Shown one piece after another: positions 56,255-64,000 of a stretch of DNA of 64,000 bases (positions within the stretch are counted from its first letter, which is position 1; each line of letters opens with the position of its first letter). A model generated the notes under the pieces. It ran no database searches. It was not told the origin of the DNA and worked only from the letters and a program-made list of their open reading frames with translations. Source of the DNA: Candidatus Pacearchaeota archaeon (GTDB lineage Archaea > Nanobdellota > Nanobdellia > UBA10117 > JAFCGA01); NCBI GenBank assembly GCA_017608345.1, contig JAFCGA010000002.1, positions 79,023-143,022 on the forward strand, given 5' to 3'. Both the position numbers and the translations under genes were made by a program.

Positions 56255-58222
56255 ATGACTAAAATACTAACTAGCCTGGAACTTCTAGCTGTTGTTAATG
56301 AGCTGAAGGCTTTGCGAGGCGCTAGAATTAATAAAATATATCTCCCTGAGACGAGACTTCTTTTATTAGTATTACACAAACCCGGTGCGAACTATCAGCT
56401 TAAGATTGATTCAGGTGTAGGCGCATATTTAACTTCATATAAATTCGAGATGCCGCAAGCGCCACAAGGTTTCTGCCTCTTCCTCCGAAAGCATCTAAAC
56501 AATGCTATTCTAGATAATATTATACAAAAAGATATCGAGCGAATAATTGAATTTCATTTCCAAACCACGCAAGGTCCGCGCATTTTAATTTGCGAGTTGT
56601 TTTCAAAAGGAAATTTTATTCTGACAGATAGCAAATATGAGATAATAAATGTAGCTTCGATCCAAACCTGGAAAGATCGAATAATCAAGAAGGGCGAGAT
56701 CTATCAATACCCTCCACAACGATTTAACCCACTAAGATTAGATCGGCCTCAATTTATGCAGGCCTTGCAGAATTGGAAATCAAATGAGATTGTTAAGCTA
56801 ATTGCGTCAGGAATTGGATTAGGCGGAATATATGCAGAAGAAGTTTGTCTTAAGGCGGGTGTTGATAAAAATAAGCCGGGTGATAAATTAGATGACCCAG
56901 AAGTTGAGAAAGTTTACTTAGAAATTCAGGCAGCGATTTATGCTGTCCAAAAAAATCCAGATGCACAAGTTATCTATGAAGATTCTCAAATAGTAGATGC
57001 TACTCCGTTTAAATTGGAATTGTACAAGAACGAGATTAACAAACCTGCTGGAAGTTTCAACCAAGCACTAGATGTATTATATTCTCAAGAAGCCATCGCG
57101 CGGTTTAAGGCGGAGAAGTCAACAGTGTTTGACCAAAAACGCCAGCAGTTACAAACCATTTTAGATACTCAGAAACGATCGCTGGAACAATATAAAGTAG
57201 AATATATTCATAACCAAAAGCTAGCCGAGAGCATATATAATAATTATCAATTAATCTCAAACATTTTCAATAAGATAAAAAGTGCTAGAGATGCGGGCTA
57301 CAAATTGGAAGAGATTCATCAAGTTCTTGAAAATGAGAAGGCTCAAGGAGTATACGAAGCTCGAATGGTGCGGGACATAATTCCCGAGACAAATGCAATT
57401 ATTTTGAATATTGATAAAGAACTTAGTCTAGATCTAGCAAAATCAATAGAGCAGAATGCTGGGGATTATTACGAAAATGCTAAGCATTTAAAATCAAAGA
57501 TCGAGGGAGCGCAAAATACTGTTAAGCGAACTGAAAAAGAGATTGAAGAATTAACTGCGGGGAGATCTGAATTTGAACAGAAGCTAGAAAAGCAGCTACC
57601 AAAACCAATAAAGAAAGTTGAAAAAAAATGGTACGAGAATTTCAGGTGGTTCTTCACATCTTCTGGTTTGCTAGCTGTCGGCGGAAGAGATGCGACTAGC
57701 AATGATATTCTGGTTAAGAAATATTTGGAAGTGGGAGATATTATATTTCATACTGAGTTACCCGGATCACCTTTTTTTATTATCAAAGGCGGAAGAGAAA
57801 AGTCAACAGACAAAGATCGAGAAGAGGTTGCAAATGCTACAGCTTCGTTTTCGAGAGCATGGCGTACGGGTGTTGGAACTGCAGAAGTTTATTGGATTCT
57901 TCCAGAGCAAGTTACTAAAGAATACGGCTTGCAAAGAGGCTCATTTATGATCCGAGGCAAGAGAAACTACAACAGAAATGCTATACTTGAAGTGTCTGTG
58001 GGTGTTGATTCAGAAAGCAAGATTATGAGCGGACCAAAATCAGCAATTTCAAAACGCTGTCAGAAATCAGCAACCGTTAGACCGGGGCAAGAAAAGACTT
58101 CGGATGTTGCTAAAAAAATTGCTCAAAAACTAGAACTAAAAGATCAGCTAAACGAGATTATTGCTTCACTTCCTGCGGGCGGAAGTTATATTCAGAAACC
58201 AACGCATCCAGCAAGGTTGTAA
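56255..58222 (+). CDS. NFACT-family protein (FbpA/Rqc2/RqcH homologue, ribosome quality control)
   Basis: N-terminal NFACT-N, a coiled coil and a C-terminal DUF814-like ..FHTELPGSPFFIIKG.. Confidence 0.8.
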   Translation: MTKILTSLELLAVVNELKALRGARINKIYLPETRLLLLVLHKPGANYQLKIDSGVGAYLTSYKFEMPQAPQGFCLFLRKHLNNAILDNIIQKDIERIIEFHFQTTQGPRILICELFSKGNFILTDSKYEIINVASIQTWKDRIIKKGEIYQYPPQRFNPLRLDRPQFMQALQNWKSNEIVKLIASGIGLGGIYAEEVCLKAGVDKNKPGDKLDDPEVEKVYLEIQAAIYAVQKNPDAQVIYEDSQIVDATPFKLELYKNEINKPAGSFNQALDVLYSQEAIARFKAEKSTVFDQKRQQLQTILDTQKRSLEQYKVEYIHNQKLAESIYNNYQLISNIFNKIKSARDAGYKLEEIHQVLENEKAQGVYEARMVRDIIPETNAIILNIDKELSLDLAKSIEQNAGDYYENAKHLKSKIEGAQNTVKRTEKEIEELTAGRSEFEQKLEKQLPKPIKKVEKKWYENFRWFFTSSGLLAVGGRDATSNDILVKKYLEVGDIIFHTELPGSPFFIIKGGREKSTDKDREEVANATASFSRAWRTGVGTAEVYWILPEQVTKEYGLQRGSFMIRGKRNYNRNAILEVSVGVDSESKIMSGPKSAISKRCQKSATVRPGQEKTSDVAKKIAQKLELKDQLNEIIASLPAGGSYIQKPTHPARL

Positions 58223-58255
58223 GTGCGGAGGTGTCGGAACCCCTGGTTCTGACCT

Positions 58256-58657
58256 TTATTTCTTGCAGGAGGTTCTTCGCTTTTTTCTTCGACGGGTTCT
58301 GACTCCCGGTTGTTCTAATAACGCTATTGCGATTAGCATAATTGCTGCAGATGCGGTGAATACCATCCATATTGCGCCAGTGTGAAATGCTCTTTGCTCT
58401 ATCTTTACATTGCGAGCGTCCTTACAGTCTATAACGCAAGTGTATCTCTCGTGCGCTTCGCAAATATGATCTCCGCAGGTAGCTACACAATCCGTTGGAC
58501 AGGTGGCGACGCTTTCTTCGGTCTCGCAAACATAATTTCCGCATTTTGACGAAGATACATAGCCCGTGATATTATCTAATCCGAAAAGAACCATGACTGT
58601 TAAATAGACTACCACAAGAGCTAATCCAATTAACTGCTTCTTCATTTGCTTTTGCAT
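58256..58657 (-). CDS. Small Cys-rich membrane-anchored protein
   Basis: Signal anchor, two CG(N/D)xxCExxE..C..DC repeats, a TM helix and a basic tail. Confidence 0.5.
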   Translation of the reverse strand: MQKQMKKQLIGLALVVVYLTVMVLFGLDNITGYVSSSKCGNYVCETEESVATCPTDCVATCGDHICEAHERYTCVIDCKDARNVKIEQRAFHTGAIWMVFTASAAIMLIAIALLEQPGVRTRRRKKRRTSCKK

Positions 58658-58755
58658 ATTTTAATATATGTTTGATTATATTTAAGTATTTTGAATTATA
58701 GCAAACTTTTAATACTATTATTTATACTAATCTTAAGAATACTTAAATTAATAGT

Positions 58756-58935
58756 ATGGTTAAAGTACAGAAATTGCCTAGCGGACAGTTAGTTATCACT
58801 ATTCCTAAACTTCTTGCTGATTATGAAGGTATAAAGAAAGGTACGAACTTGGTTTTCAAGAAGTATAAGGGGGGAGCTTTCATTTTAGAAGTTGTGAAAG
58901 AGAAATCTAATAATGCGAATAAGAAGAGTAAGTAG
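58756..58935 (+). CDS. AbrB/SpoVT-type DNA-binding protein, 59 aa
   Basis: Below the ORF-track cut-off. My translation is MVKVQKLPSGQLVITIPKLLADYEGIKKGTNLVFKKYKGGAFILEVVKEK.., a swapped-hairpin barrel pattern. Confidence 0.6.
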   Translation: MVKVQKLPSGQLVITIPKLLADYEGIKKGTNLVFKKYKGGAFILEVVKEKSNNANKKSK

Positions 58936-59158
58936 GCTAACTCTGAGAGCAGGTAATGCGCTCTTGCTAGCTGGAATTATCACAGTAATAATTTCATTTT
59001 TAGCAGTAATTGATAGCTCTTCAAATGTGACTGGGATGAGTGTTAGCACTTTGTTATTAGCTATAAAGCCATATCAGATTGTAATACTCATATCTGTGAA
59101 GATAATTGTAATTTCAATATATTTTACGCTACGTAAGTTTAGATTAAGCTATAAATGA
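58913..59158 (+). CDS. Small membrane protein overlapping the AbrB-like gene by 23 nt
   Basis: 81 aa with 2-3 hydrophobic helices. Confidence 0.4.
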   Translation: MRIRRVSRLTLRAGNALLLAGIITVIISFLAVIDSSSNVTGMSVSTLLLAIKPYQIVILISVKIIVISIYFTLRKFRLSYK

Positions 59159-59192
59159 GTCTATCAGCGAGATCAAATAGGTTGTTGTAGCG

Positions 59193-59840
59193 TTATTTAC
59201 TAAACCTGCTTAGAATATTCTTGAACTTAGTCTGCAAGAAGCTTTCTGGTTTCTCAATAATTTTTTTAATGTCTTCGAAAACTTCTGCTCGAGTTCGGTT
59301 TCCATTTATAACATTGAAACCCTTGTCTTCGCTTATTAGTTTTTTATAAGAATCATATACTTTTTGCTGTATTTCTAGCGTCTCGAAGCGAGTCTTAGCT
59401 TCTCCTAATCGCTCTAAACATTCTTCTGGCGGCGTATCTATGAAAATCTTAATGTGCGGCTTAAGTGCATGCGCGTGCACGTTTTTCATCCATTGGAGAT
59501 CTGTTTTAAACAAAGCGCCTTCATACGCGAGGGTAGAGGGAATATAACGATCACAAATAACTATCTTGCCAGCTTCCAGCGCAGGTACTATTGTTTCAGA
59601 TAAGTGCTCATACCGATCAGCAATATATAGAAGAGTAATTGCTTCATCTGACTTTAATTCGAATTTGCTATCCAACCATTCCCGAATTAATTTGCTTATA
59701 GGGTTATCTGATGTTGGCTCGGAAGTAGATATAACTTCTTTATTTTTTGCCTCAAGATATTCCTTAAGCAAGTTCGCTTGAGTTTTCTTGCCAGCTCCGT
59801 CTAAGCCTTCGAAGATTATGAACTTTCCTTTAGTTGCCAT
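59193..59840 (-). CDS. tmk: Thymidylate kinase
   Basis: P-loop FEGLDGAGKKTQ and DRY motif. Confidence 0.85.
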   Translation of the reverse strand: MATKGKFIIFEGLDGAGKKTQANLLKEYLEAKNKEVISTSEPTSDNPISKLIREWLDSKFELKSDEAITLLYIADRYEHLSETIVPALEAGKIVICDRYIPSTLAYEGALFKTDLQWMKNVHAHALKPHIKIFIDTPPEECLERLGEAKTRFETLEIQQKVYDSYKKLISEDKGFNVINGNRTRAEVFEDIKKIIEKPESFLQTKFKNILSRFSK

Positions 59841-59885
59841 CCTTAAATAAGGGATGTTTAGAAATAAAAGGATTTCGGGGGTTGA

Positions 59886-60575
59886 CTAGTTAACTTCTGC
59901 TCTGATTAAGTTAATATTGAATTCCCGCTCAACTAATTCACATATGCTATTATGCACTACCTCTCGCGGAAGAATCTCTGATTTAGAAGTACCCGGAACT
60001 TTACTCCAGCCTTCGGAATCTGCAAGTTCACTATATAATTTAACGCATTCACGTAAATACTCAATTTTAGATTCGTGTATATCTTTTGTACGAGTAATAT
60101 CTCGCTCTGCTCTTTCGTCGATTAATTTTTGAGATATATCTGCATCCATCTGTATGTAAATTACTAGATCTTCTTCTGGCTCTCTTCGCTCGACGTCTTT
60201 AATAAACTGGATAAGGTTTTCTCTTGCTTTTCCGTGGTACTTTGCGCCTTGATGCACTAGATTCGATTGTCGATACCGGTCTAACACAAACCAGTGTCCG
60301 TTTTTTATCCCTTGTGTTATATACGGCACGGCTTGGTATCGATCTACAGCATACAATAAGATCGGTATCTCGGGGAGGACATCTTCAAGTTTACCGAATT
60401 CTCCATGCAAATACTTTGCGGTTAATCCACCTAGTAATGTGTGATATTGTGGAAAACTTAGGAGTTCTGATTTAATTCCGCTTAGAATTAATGAGTTTTT
60501 TAATAAGCTTGCCTGCGTGTTTTTCCCAGAACCATCTGAGCCTTCTATTACTATTAGTTTCCCTTGCATTATCAC
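59886..60575 (-). CDS. Thymidylate kinase paralogue
   Basis: P-loop IEGSDGSGKNTQ and LDRY. Confidence 0.75.
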   Translation of the reverse strand: MIMQGKLIVIEGSDGSGKNTQASLLKNSLILSGIKSELLSFPQYHTLLGGLTAKYLHGEFGKLEDVLPEIPILLYAVDRYQAVPYITQGIKNGHWFVLDRYRQSNLVHQGAKYHGKARENLIQFIKDVERREPEEDLVIYIQMDADISQKLIDERAERDITRTKDIHESKIEYLRECVKLYSELADSEGWSKVPGTSKSEILPREVVHNSICELVEREFNINLIRAEVN

Positions 60576-60606
60576 ATATTTCGCTTAAAATAAGCTATAA
60601 AAATAT

Positions 60607-61455
60607 TTATATGCTTAACAGCTTAACAACTTCAGAAGGCAATCTAGCAACTTTTATTCCCGCTTTCTCTAATGATTTTATCTTGGATTCTGCAGTTCCG
60701 GCCGAGCCCTCAATTATTGCGCCCGCATGACCCATTTGTTTTCCTTCTGGCGCAGTTCTGCCAGCAATATAAGCCACTATTTTTTTAGGAAACTTTGTTT
60801 TAATTATATACTCTGCAGCGCGCTCTTCTAAATTTCCTCCGATTTCTCCAAGTAGAATAATCGATTCGGTATTAGTATCTTTTCTTAATATTTTGAGAAT
60901 ATCAACAAAGTCAGTTCCAATTAGCTGATCGCCCCCAACCCCAACAACTAAACTCTGTCCGATTCCAGCTTTATTCATCTGACTTACAATTTCATAAGTT
61001 AGCGTTCCTGAGCGGGAAATAACTGCAACTGATCCTTTTTTGAAAATATGTGCCGGCATTATACCTATCTTGCTTTTCCCTGGCGCGATTATACCCGGAC
61101 AGTTTGGTCCGATGACAGTCCGCTTTTTTTTCTTAGCTAGCTTAAGTATTTCTAGCGTATCGAGTACTGGAATTCCTTCAGTTATAATTATAATATTCAG
61201 ATTATGTTCTAGCGCGTCTATTGCTGCTTCTTTGGCAAACTTCGCGGGAATGAAGAGGATAGAGTAATCTGCTCTGTGTTTTGCTAATGCATCAGCTAAA
61301 GTAGGATATATTGGAACACCTTCTAGCTCGCCAGTCTGCGATCTCGATACAGCTGCAACAATCTTAGTTCCGTATTCGCGCATTAATTTGAGATGGAACC
61401 TACCCTGCTTACCTATTCCCTGTACTATTACGTGAGTGTTCTTATTTATTAGCAT
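60607..61455 (-). CDS. sucD: Succinyl-CoA synthetase (ADP-forming) alpha subunit
   Basis: GPNCPGII, SRSGTLTYE and the phospho-His loop GHAGA. Confidence 0.85.
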   Translation of the reverse strand: MLINKNTHVIVQGIGKQGRFHLKLMREYGTKIVAAVSRSQTGELEGVPIYPTLADALAKHRADYSILFIPAKFAKEAAIDALEHNLNIIIITEGIPVLDTLEILKLAKKKKRTVIGPNCPGIIAPGKSKIGIMPAHIFKKGSVAVISRSGTLTYEIVSQMNKAGIGQSLVVGVGGDQLIGTDFVDILKILRKDTNTESIILLGEIGGNLEERAAEYIIKTKFPKKIVAYIAGRTAPEGKQMGHAGAIIEGSAGTAESKIKSLEKAGIKVARLPSEVVKLLSI

Positions 61456-62413
61456 CTTTAACTGCTATTCTTGCGCAGTCCTCCATAGAATCATATGATT
61501 TTATATTATTCTTATCCAATATTTCCTTAGCTTTTTCTTCACTAGTTCCTATCATCCTTATAACTAACGGTATTGAAAGTTTTTGATTAACAATTCCTCT
61601 GGCGATGTCGTCGCAGCGAGTTATTCCTCCGAATATATTGATGAAAATAACTTTTGGTTTTGTTTTTGCAACAATCTCGAGCGCTTTTTGCATCTTATTA
61701 ACTGCTGCTCCGCCGCCAAGATCTAAGAAATTAGCAACTTTCCCCCCGAAGTGCGAAATTACATCTAATGTGGCCATAACTAACCCCGCTCCGTTTCCGA
61801 TTAGTCCGATGTTTCCATCTAGCTCTACGTAGCTTAATCCGCTCCTTTCTGCCTCAAGTTCTAAAATAGTTTTATCTTGTTTGAAGTCTGGATGCATTAT
61901 ATTATCATCTAAAATTATCTTTGAGTCAGCTGCAATTAATTTTCCGTTCGATAGAACTAGCGGATTTATTTCTACTAGCAGGGCATTATACTCAATCATC
62001 AATTTGTGCATAGCACGGATTATTTGTATAATTTCTTTGTTCTGGAATTTATTAATATTCGAGTAAGCTAGATTCTGAATGTTCTTGCTATCCTCCACAT
62101 CTATCCCGCCAGATTCAGAAAACAAAATTACGATTTCTTTTTCAGTCTTATCAATTGTTAATGCTAGATAGTATTCTTTCTCGATTGTTAATTTTTCTTC
62201 TACGAGAATTTCTTTGCAGTGTTCAAATAAAGCCGTCAGATTTTCTTTTGTTGCAGGTTTTATTAGCCCCCGCTTTCCGCGCTTGCCTTCTAAGACTTGA
62301 GCTTTAGCAATCTTATCTGAGTTCGGTTTTATTGAAGTTATTAGTTCTCCGTGCGGAATAAGAATTCCGTACTTGTTGAATAGCTGTTTTCCTTGATATT
62401 CTTTAAGTCGCAT
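61442..62413 (-). CDS. sucC: Succinyl-CoA synthetase beta subunit, short form (323 aa)
   Basis: ATP-grasp N-terminus MRLKEYQGKQLF..; C-terminal ..NIFGGITRCD.. Confidence 0.75.
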   Translation of the reverse strand: MRLKEYQGKQLFNKYGILIPHGELITSIKPNSDKIAKAQVLEGKRGKRGLIKPATKENLTALFEHCKEILVEEKLTIEKEYYLALTIDKTEKEIVILFSESGGIDVEDSKNIQNLAYSNINKFQNKEIIQIIRAMHKLMIEYNALLVEINPLVLSNGKLIAADSKIILDDNIMHPDFKQDKTILELEAERSGLSYVELDGNIGLIGNGAGLVMATLDVISHFGGKVANFLDLGGGAAVNKMQKALEIVAKTKPKVIFINIFGGITRCDDIARGIVNQKLSIPLVIRMIGTSEEKAKEILDKNNIKSYDSMEDCARIAVKDANK

Positions 62414-62416
62414 TAT

Positions 62417-62824
62417 TTACTCAAAATTAGCACTAATAGCTGAGAGATTTTCACTTGAGAATTTCTTACCTAAGTAGATCTTAATATCTTTCTCAGTTAG
62501 CTGAAAGTTCAATTTATTTAATATTTTTCCCAATAAGCTCATGTTCATTACTTTTCGATTATCGTATTTACTGAGTAATTCTTGCTGCAGGGTTTTATCT
62601 CGTAAGTCATATTTAATATCTGGCTTATCGATTAAGGGGGTCGTTATTTTGTTTTTAGAAAATACAATGAATGCATTGCTATCTCCTGCCCTAACAAACG
62701 GAGAGTAATCTGTAGTTAGAGCAATATTGTATCCTTTGTTCATTAGAATTTTAGTTAAAATCTTACTGACTAGCTTGATCCCTTGTCCTGCGTTCCCCTT
62801 TAATGTTATTTTGCTTATTTTCAT
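62417..62824 (-). CDS. 2-oxoacid:ferredoxin oxidoreductase gamma subunit
   Basis: GNAGQGIK motif, size and position. Confidence 0.7.
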   Translation of the reverse strand: MKISKITLKGNAGQGIKLVSKILTKILMNKGYNIALTTDYSPFVRAGDSNAFIVFSKNKITTPLIDKPDIKYDLRDKTLQQELLSKYDNRKVMNMSLLGKILNKLNFQLTEKDIKIYLGKKFSSENLSAISANFE

Positions 62825-63543
62825 CGTGTTACAATTCCTAATTCATTGTCCTTTAATTTCCGATTTTTGTTGCTTATTTTATACCTTTGTTTGAGTTCGA
62901 TCATCATATCGCCCGCATTCTTGCCAGTCTGACGCGCATAATTAATCAAGCAAGGAGATCTTAATTCTACAAAAGAGAAACCCTTGTGTTTAATTGCTGC
63001 GGTTATGCATTCTTTGAGGTGATTTTGAAATGGTGTGCTAGTACGCGCGTAGAAATATTTCTCGTTTGTTAATAATAATTTCTGAGCATCAATTGGTGCA
63101 ATTGTATTTCCGTAAGGTGTATTCTTCGTTATGCTACCTTTTTCTGTTGTAGGAGAAGCTTGCCCTCCAGTCATAGCAAGAACATTATTATTATTGCATA
63201 TTACAGTAATATCATCGTTCCTCCTCGCAGCGTGAATTAAGTGATTTAATCCAATCCCCAAGAGATCTCCGTCTCCTGAGAAAACCATAACATTAAGCTT
63301 TGGATTGCCAGCTTTTATTCCAACTGCTAGCGGAATAGCTCGCCCATGTAGCCCATGAACTGAGTCTAGATTAAAGTATGCAGCTCCCCTACCGGTGCAG
63401 CCAATTCCCGAGACTACAACTGTGTTGGTCTTATTCAGCTTGTCAAGAACATTATGTGTTGCAGCGAATAGAATATGTAAGCCGCATCCTGGGCACCATT
63501 TTGAAGGCAGCATTTCCTTCCTAACGAATCTTTGAGAGCTCAT
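62821..63543 (-). CDS. 2-oxoacid:ferredoxin oxidoreductase beta subunit (TPP-binding)
   Basis: WCPGCG.., GIGC, GDGD..IG.NH. Confidence 0.85.
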   Translation of the reverse strand: MSSQRFVRKEMLPSKWCPGCGLHILFAATHNVLDKLNKTNTVVVSGIGCTGRGAAYFNLDSVHGLHGRAIPLAVGIKAGNPKLNVMVFSGDGDLLGIGLNHLIHAARRNDDITVICNNNNVLAMTGGQASPTTEKGSITKNTPYGNTIAPIDAQKLLLTNEKYFYARTSTPFQNHLKECITAAIKHKGFSFVELRSPCLINYARQTGKNAGDMMIELKQRYKISNKNRKLKDNELGIVTR

Positions 63544-64000
63544 TGTTAATTTCTTTTAATGAAATCTTACCTCCTAACAAACTAATTAATTTGACTTCCC
63601 GCTTAAGGAAAGCTTGAATTTCTTTCCGGTATTGCCCATCGTTCATTTCAATAACTATCACTTTTTTGTATTTGCTAGCTATTTTCTCTAGCCCTTTGAG
63701 TATAGGATATATTCGAATCGGGCGAAAGATAGAGTATTTGTCTTTAAGGTCAAGTATAACTCTAGAAGTTATTCCGTAGGCGATTAGAAGTGTATCTGAC
63801 TTCTTATTTTCCAAGTATTCGTAGAAATTGTACTTTTTTGCTACGTTAAGAATCTCACTTTTTCGTTTTGAGTACCATTTTTTATATACTTCTGGACTCT
63901 TCGAGCGAGGTATCGAGTCACTAGTTAATCCGGTTAAGTGCCGCTTTTCATCGCCTAATTTGGCCTGCTTCCGGGTTTTAACTCTCACTTTTACTTTGCT
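63521..64000 (-). CDS. 2-oxoacid:ferredoxin oxidoreductase alpha subunit, C-terminal part (N-terminus beyond the window)
   Basis: ..IAYGITSRV...IRIYPIL...VIVIEMNDGQY... The reading frame stays open to the window edge. Confidence 0.7.
   Translation of the reverse strand, partial: SKVKVRVKTRKQAKLGDEKRHLTGLTSDSIPRSKSPEVYKKWYSKRKSEILNVAKKYNFYEYLENKKSDTLLIAYGITSRVILDLKDKYSIFRPIRIYPILKGLEKIASKYKKVIVIEMNDGQYRKEIQAFLKREVKLISLLGGKISLKEINNELSKIR

Overview
This is an AT-rich archaeal chromosome segment. Gene content (L32e, L19e, S4e, L34e, L14e, topoisomerase VI, aIF-1A, Rpp29, MBF1, Sec61-beta) and very tight packing fit a small-genome, DPANN-like archaeon; that assignment is inference. Layout: (1) 1-3.6 kb holds an endonuclease IV-like gene, Sec61-beta, RNase P RNA, a DUF1643 gene and membrane/wHTH/NUDIX genes. 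(2) 3.6-8.7 kb, minus strand, holds a 16S - tRNA-Ala - 23S rRNA operon with no 5S and long flanking processing stems. The 16S gene carries three short insertions inside universally conserved blocks, and the spacer tRNA-Ala carries a 111-nt T-loop insertion. (3) 9-29.7 kb holds mostly minus-strand housekeeping genes (antiporter, argS, thiI, top6B/top6A, aIF-1A, upp, NMD3, MBF1, Trm11-like). Four more insertion-laden tRNA genes sit among them: Leu-UAG, Glu-UUC, Ile-UAU with three insertions, and Asn-GUU with a 141-nt T-loop insertion. (4) 30-45 kb, plus strand, holds the complete archaeal L3...L15-SecY ribosomal protein supercluster. It is unusual for three tightly coupled non-ribosomal ORFs, Lys-rich low-complexity tails, and a 21-codon upstream ORF that copies the L3 N-terminus. 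(5) 45-64 kb holds a bacterial-type gpsA, a DUF106 insertase, pyrH, L34e, L14e, smc-(prs-like)-scpA-scpB, a large glycoprotein-like surface protein, NFACT/RqcH, two tmk paralogues, succinyl-CoA synthetase and a 2-oxoacid:ferredoxin oxidoreductase. I saw no CRISPR array, transposase, integrase or prophage genes. The strongest unexplained signal is a family of short polypyrimidine/polypurine hairpin insertion elements. Their sequence modules are shared between 16S rRNA insertions, tRNA insertions at non-canonical positions and mRNA leaders. All RNA boundaries come from hand folding and are accurate to a few nt only.
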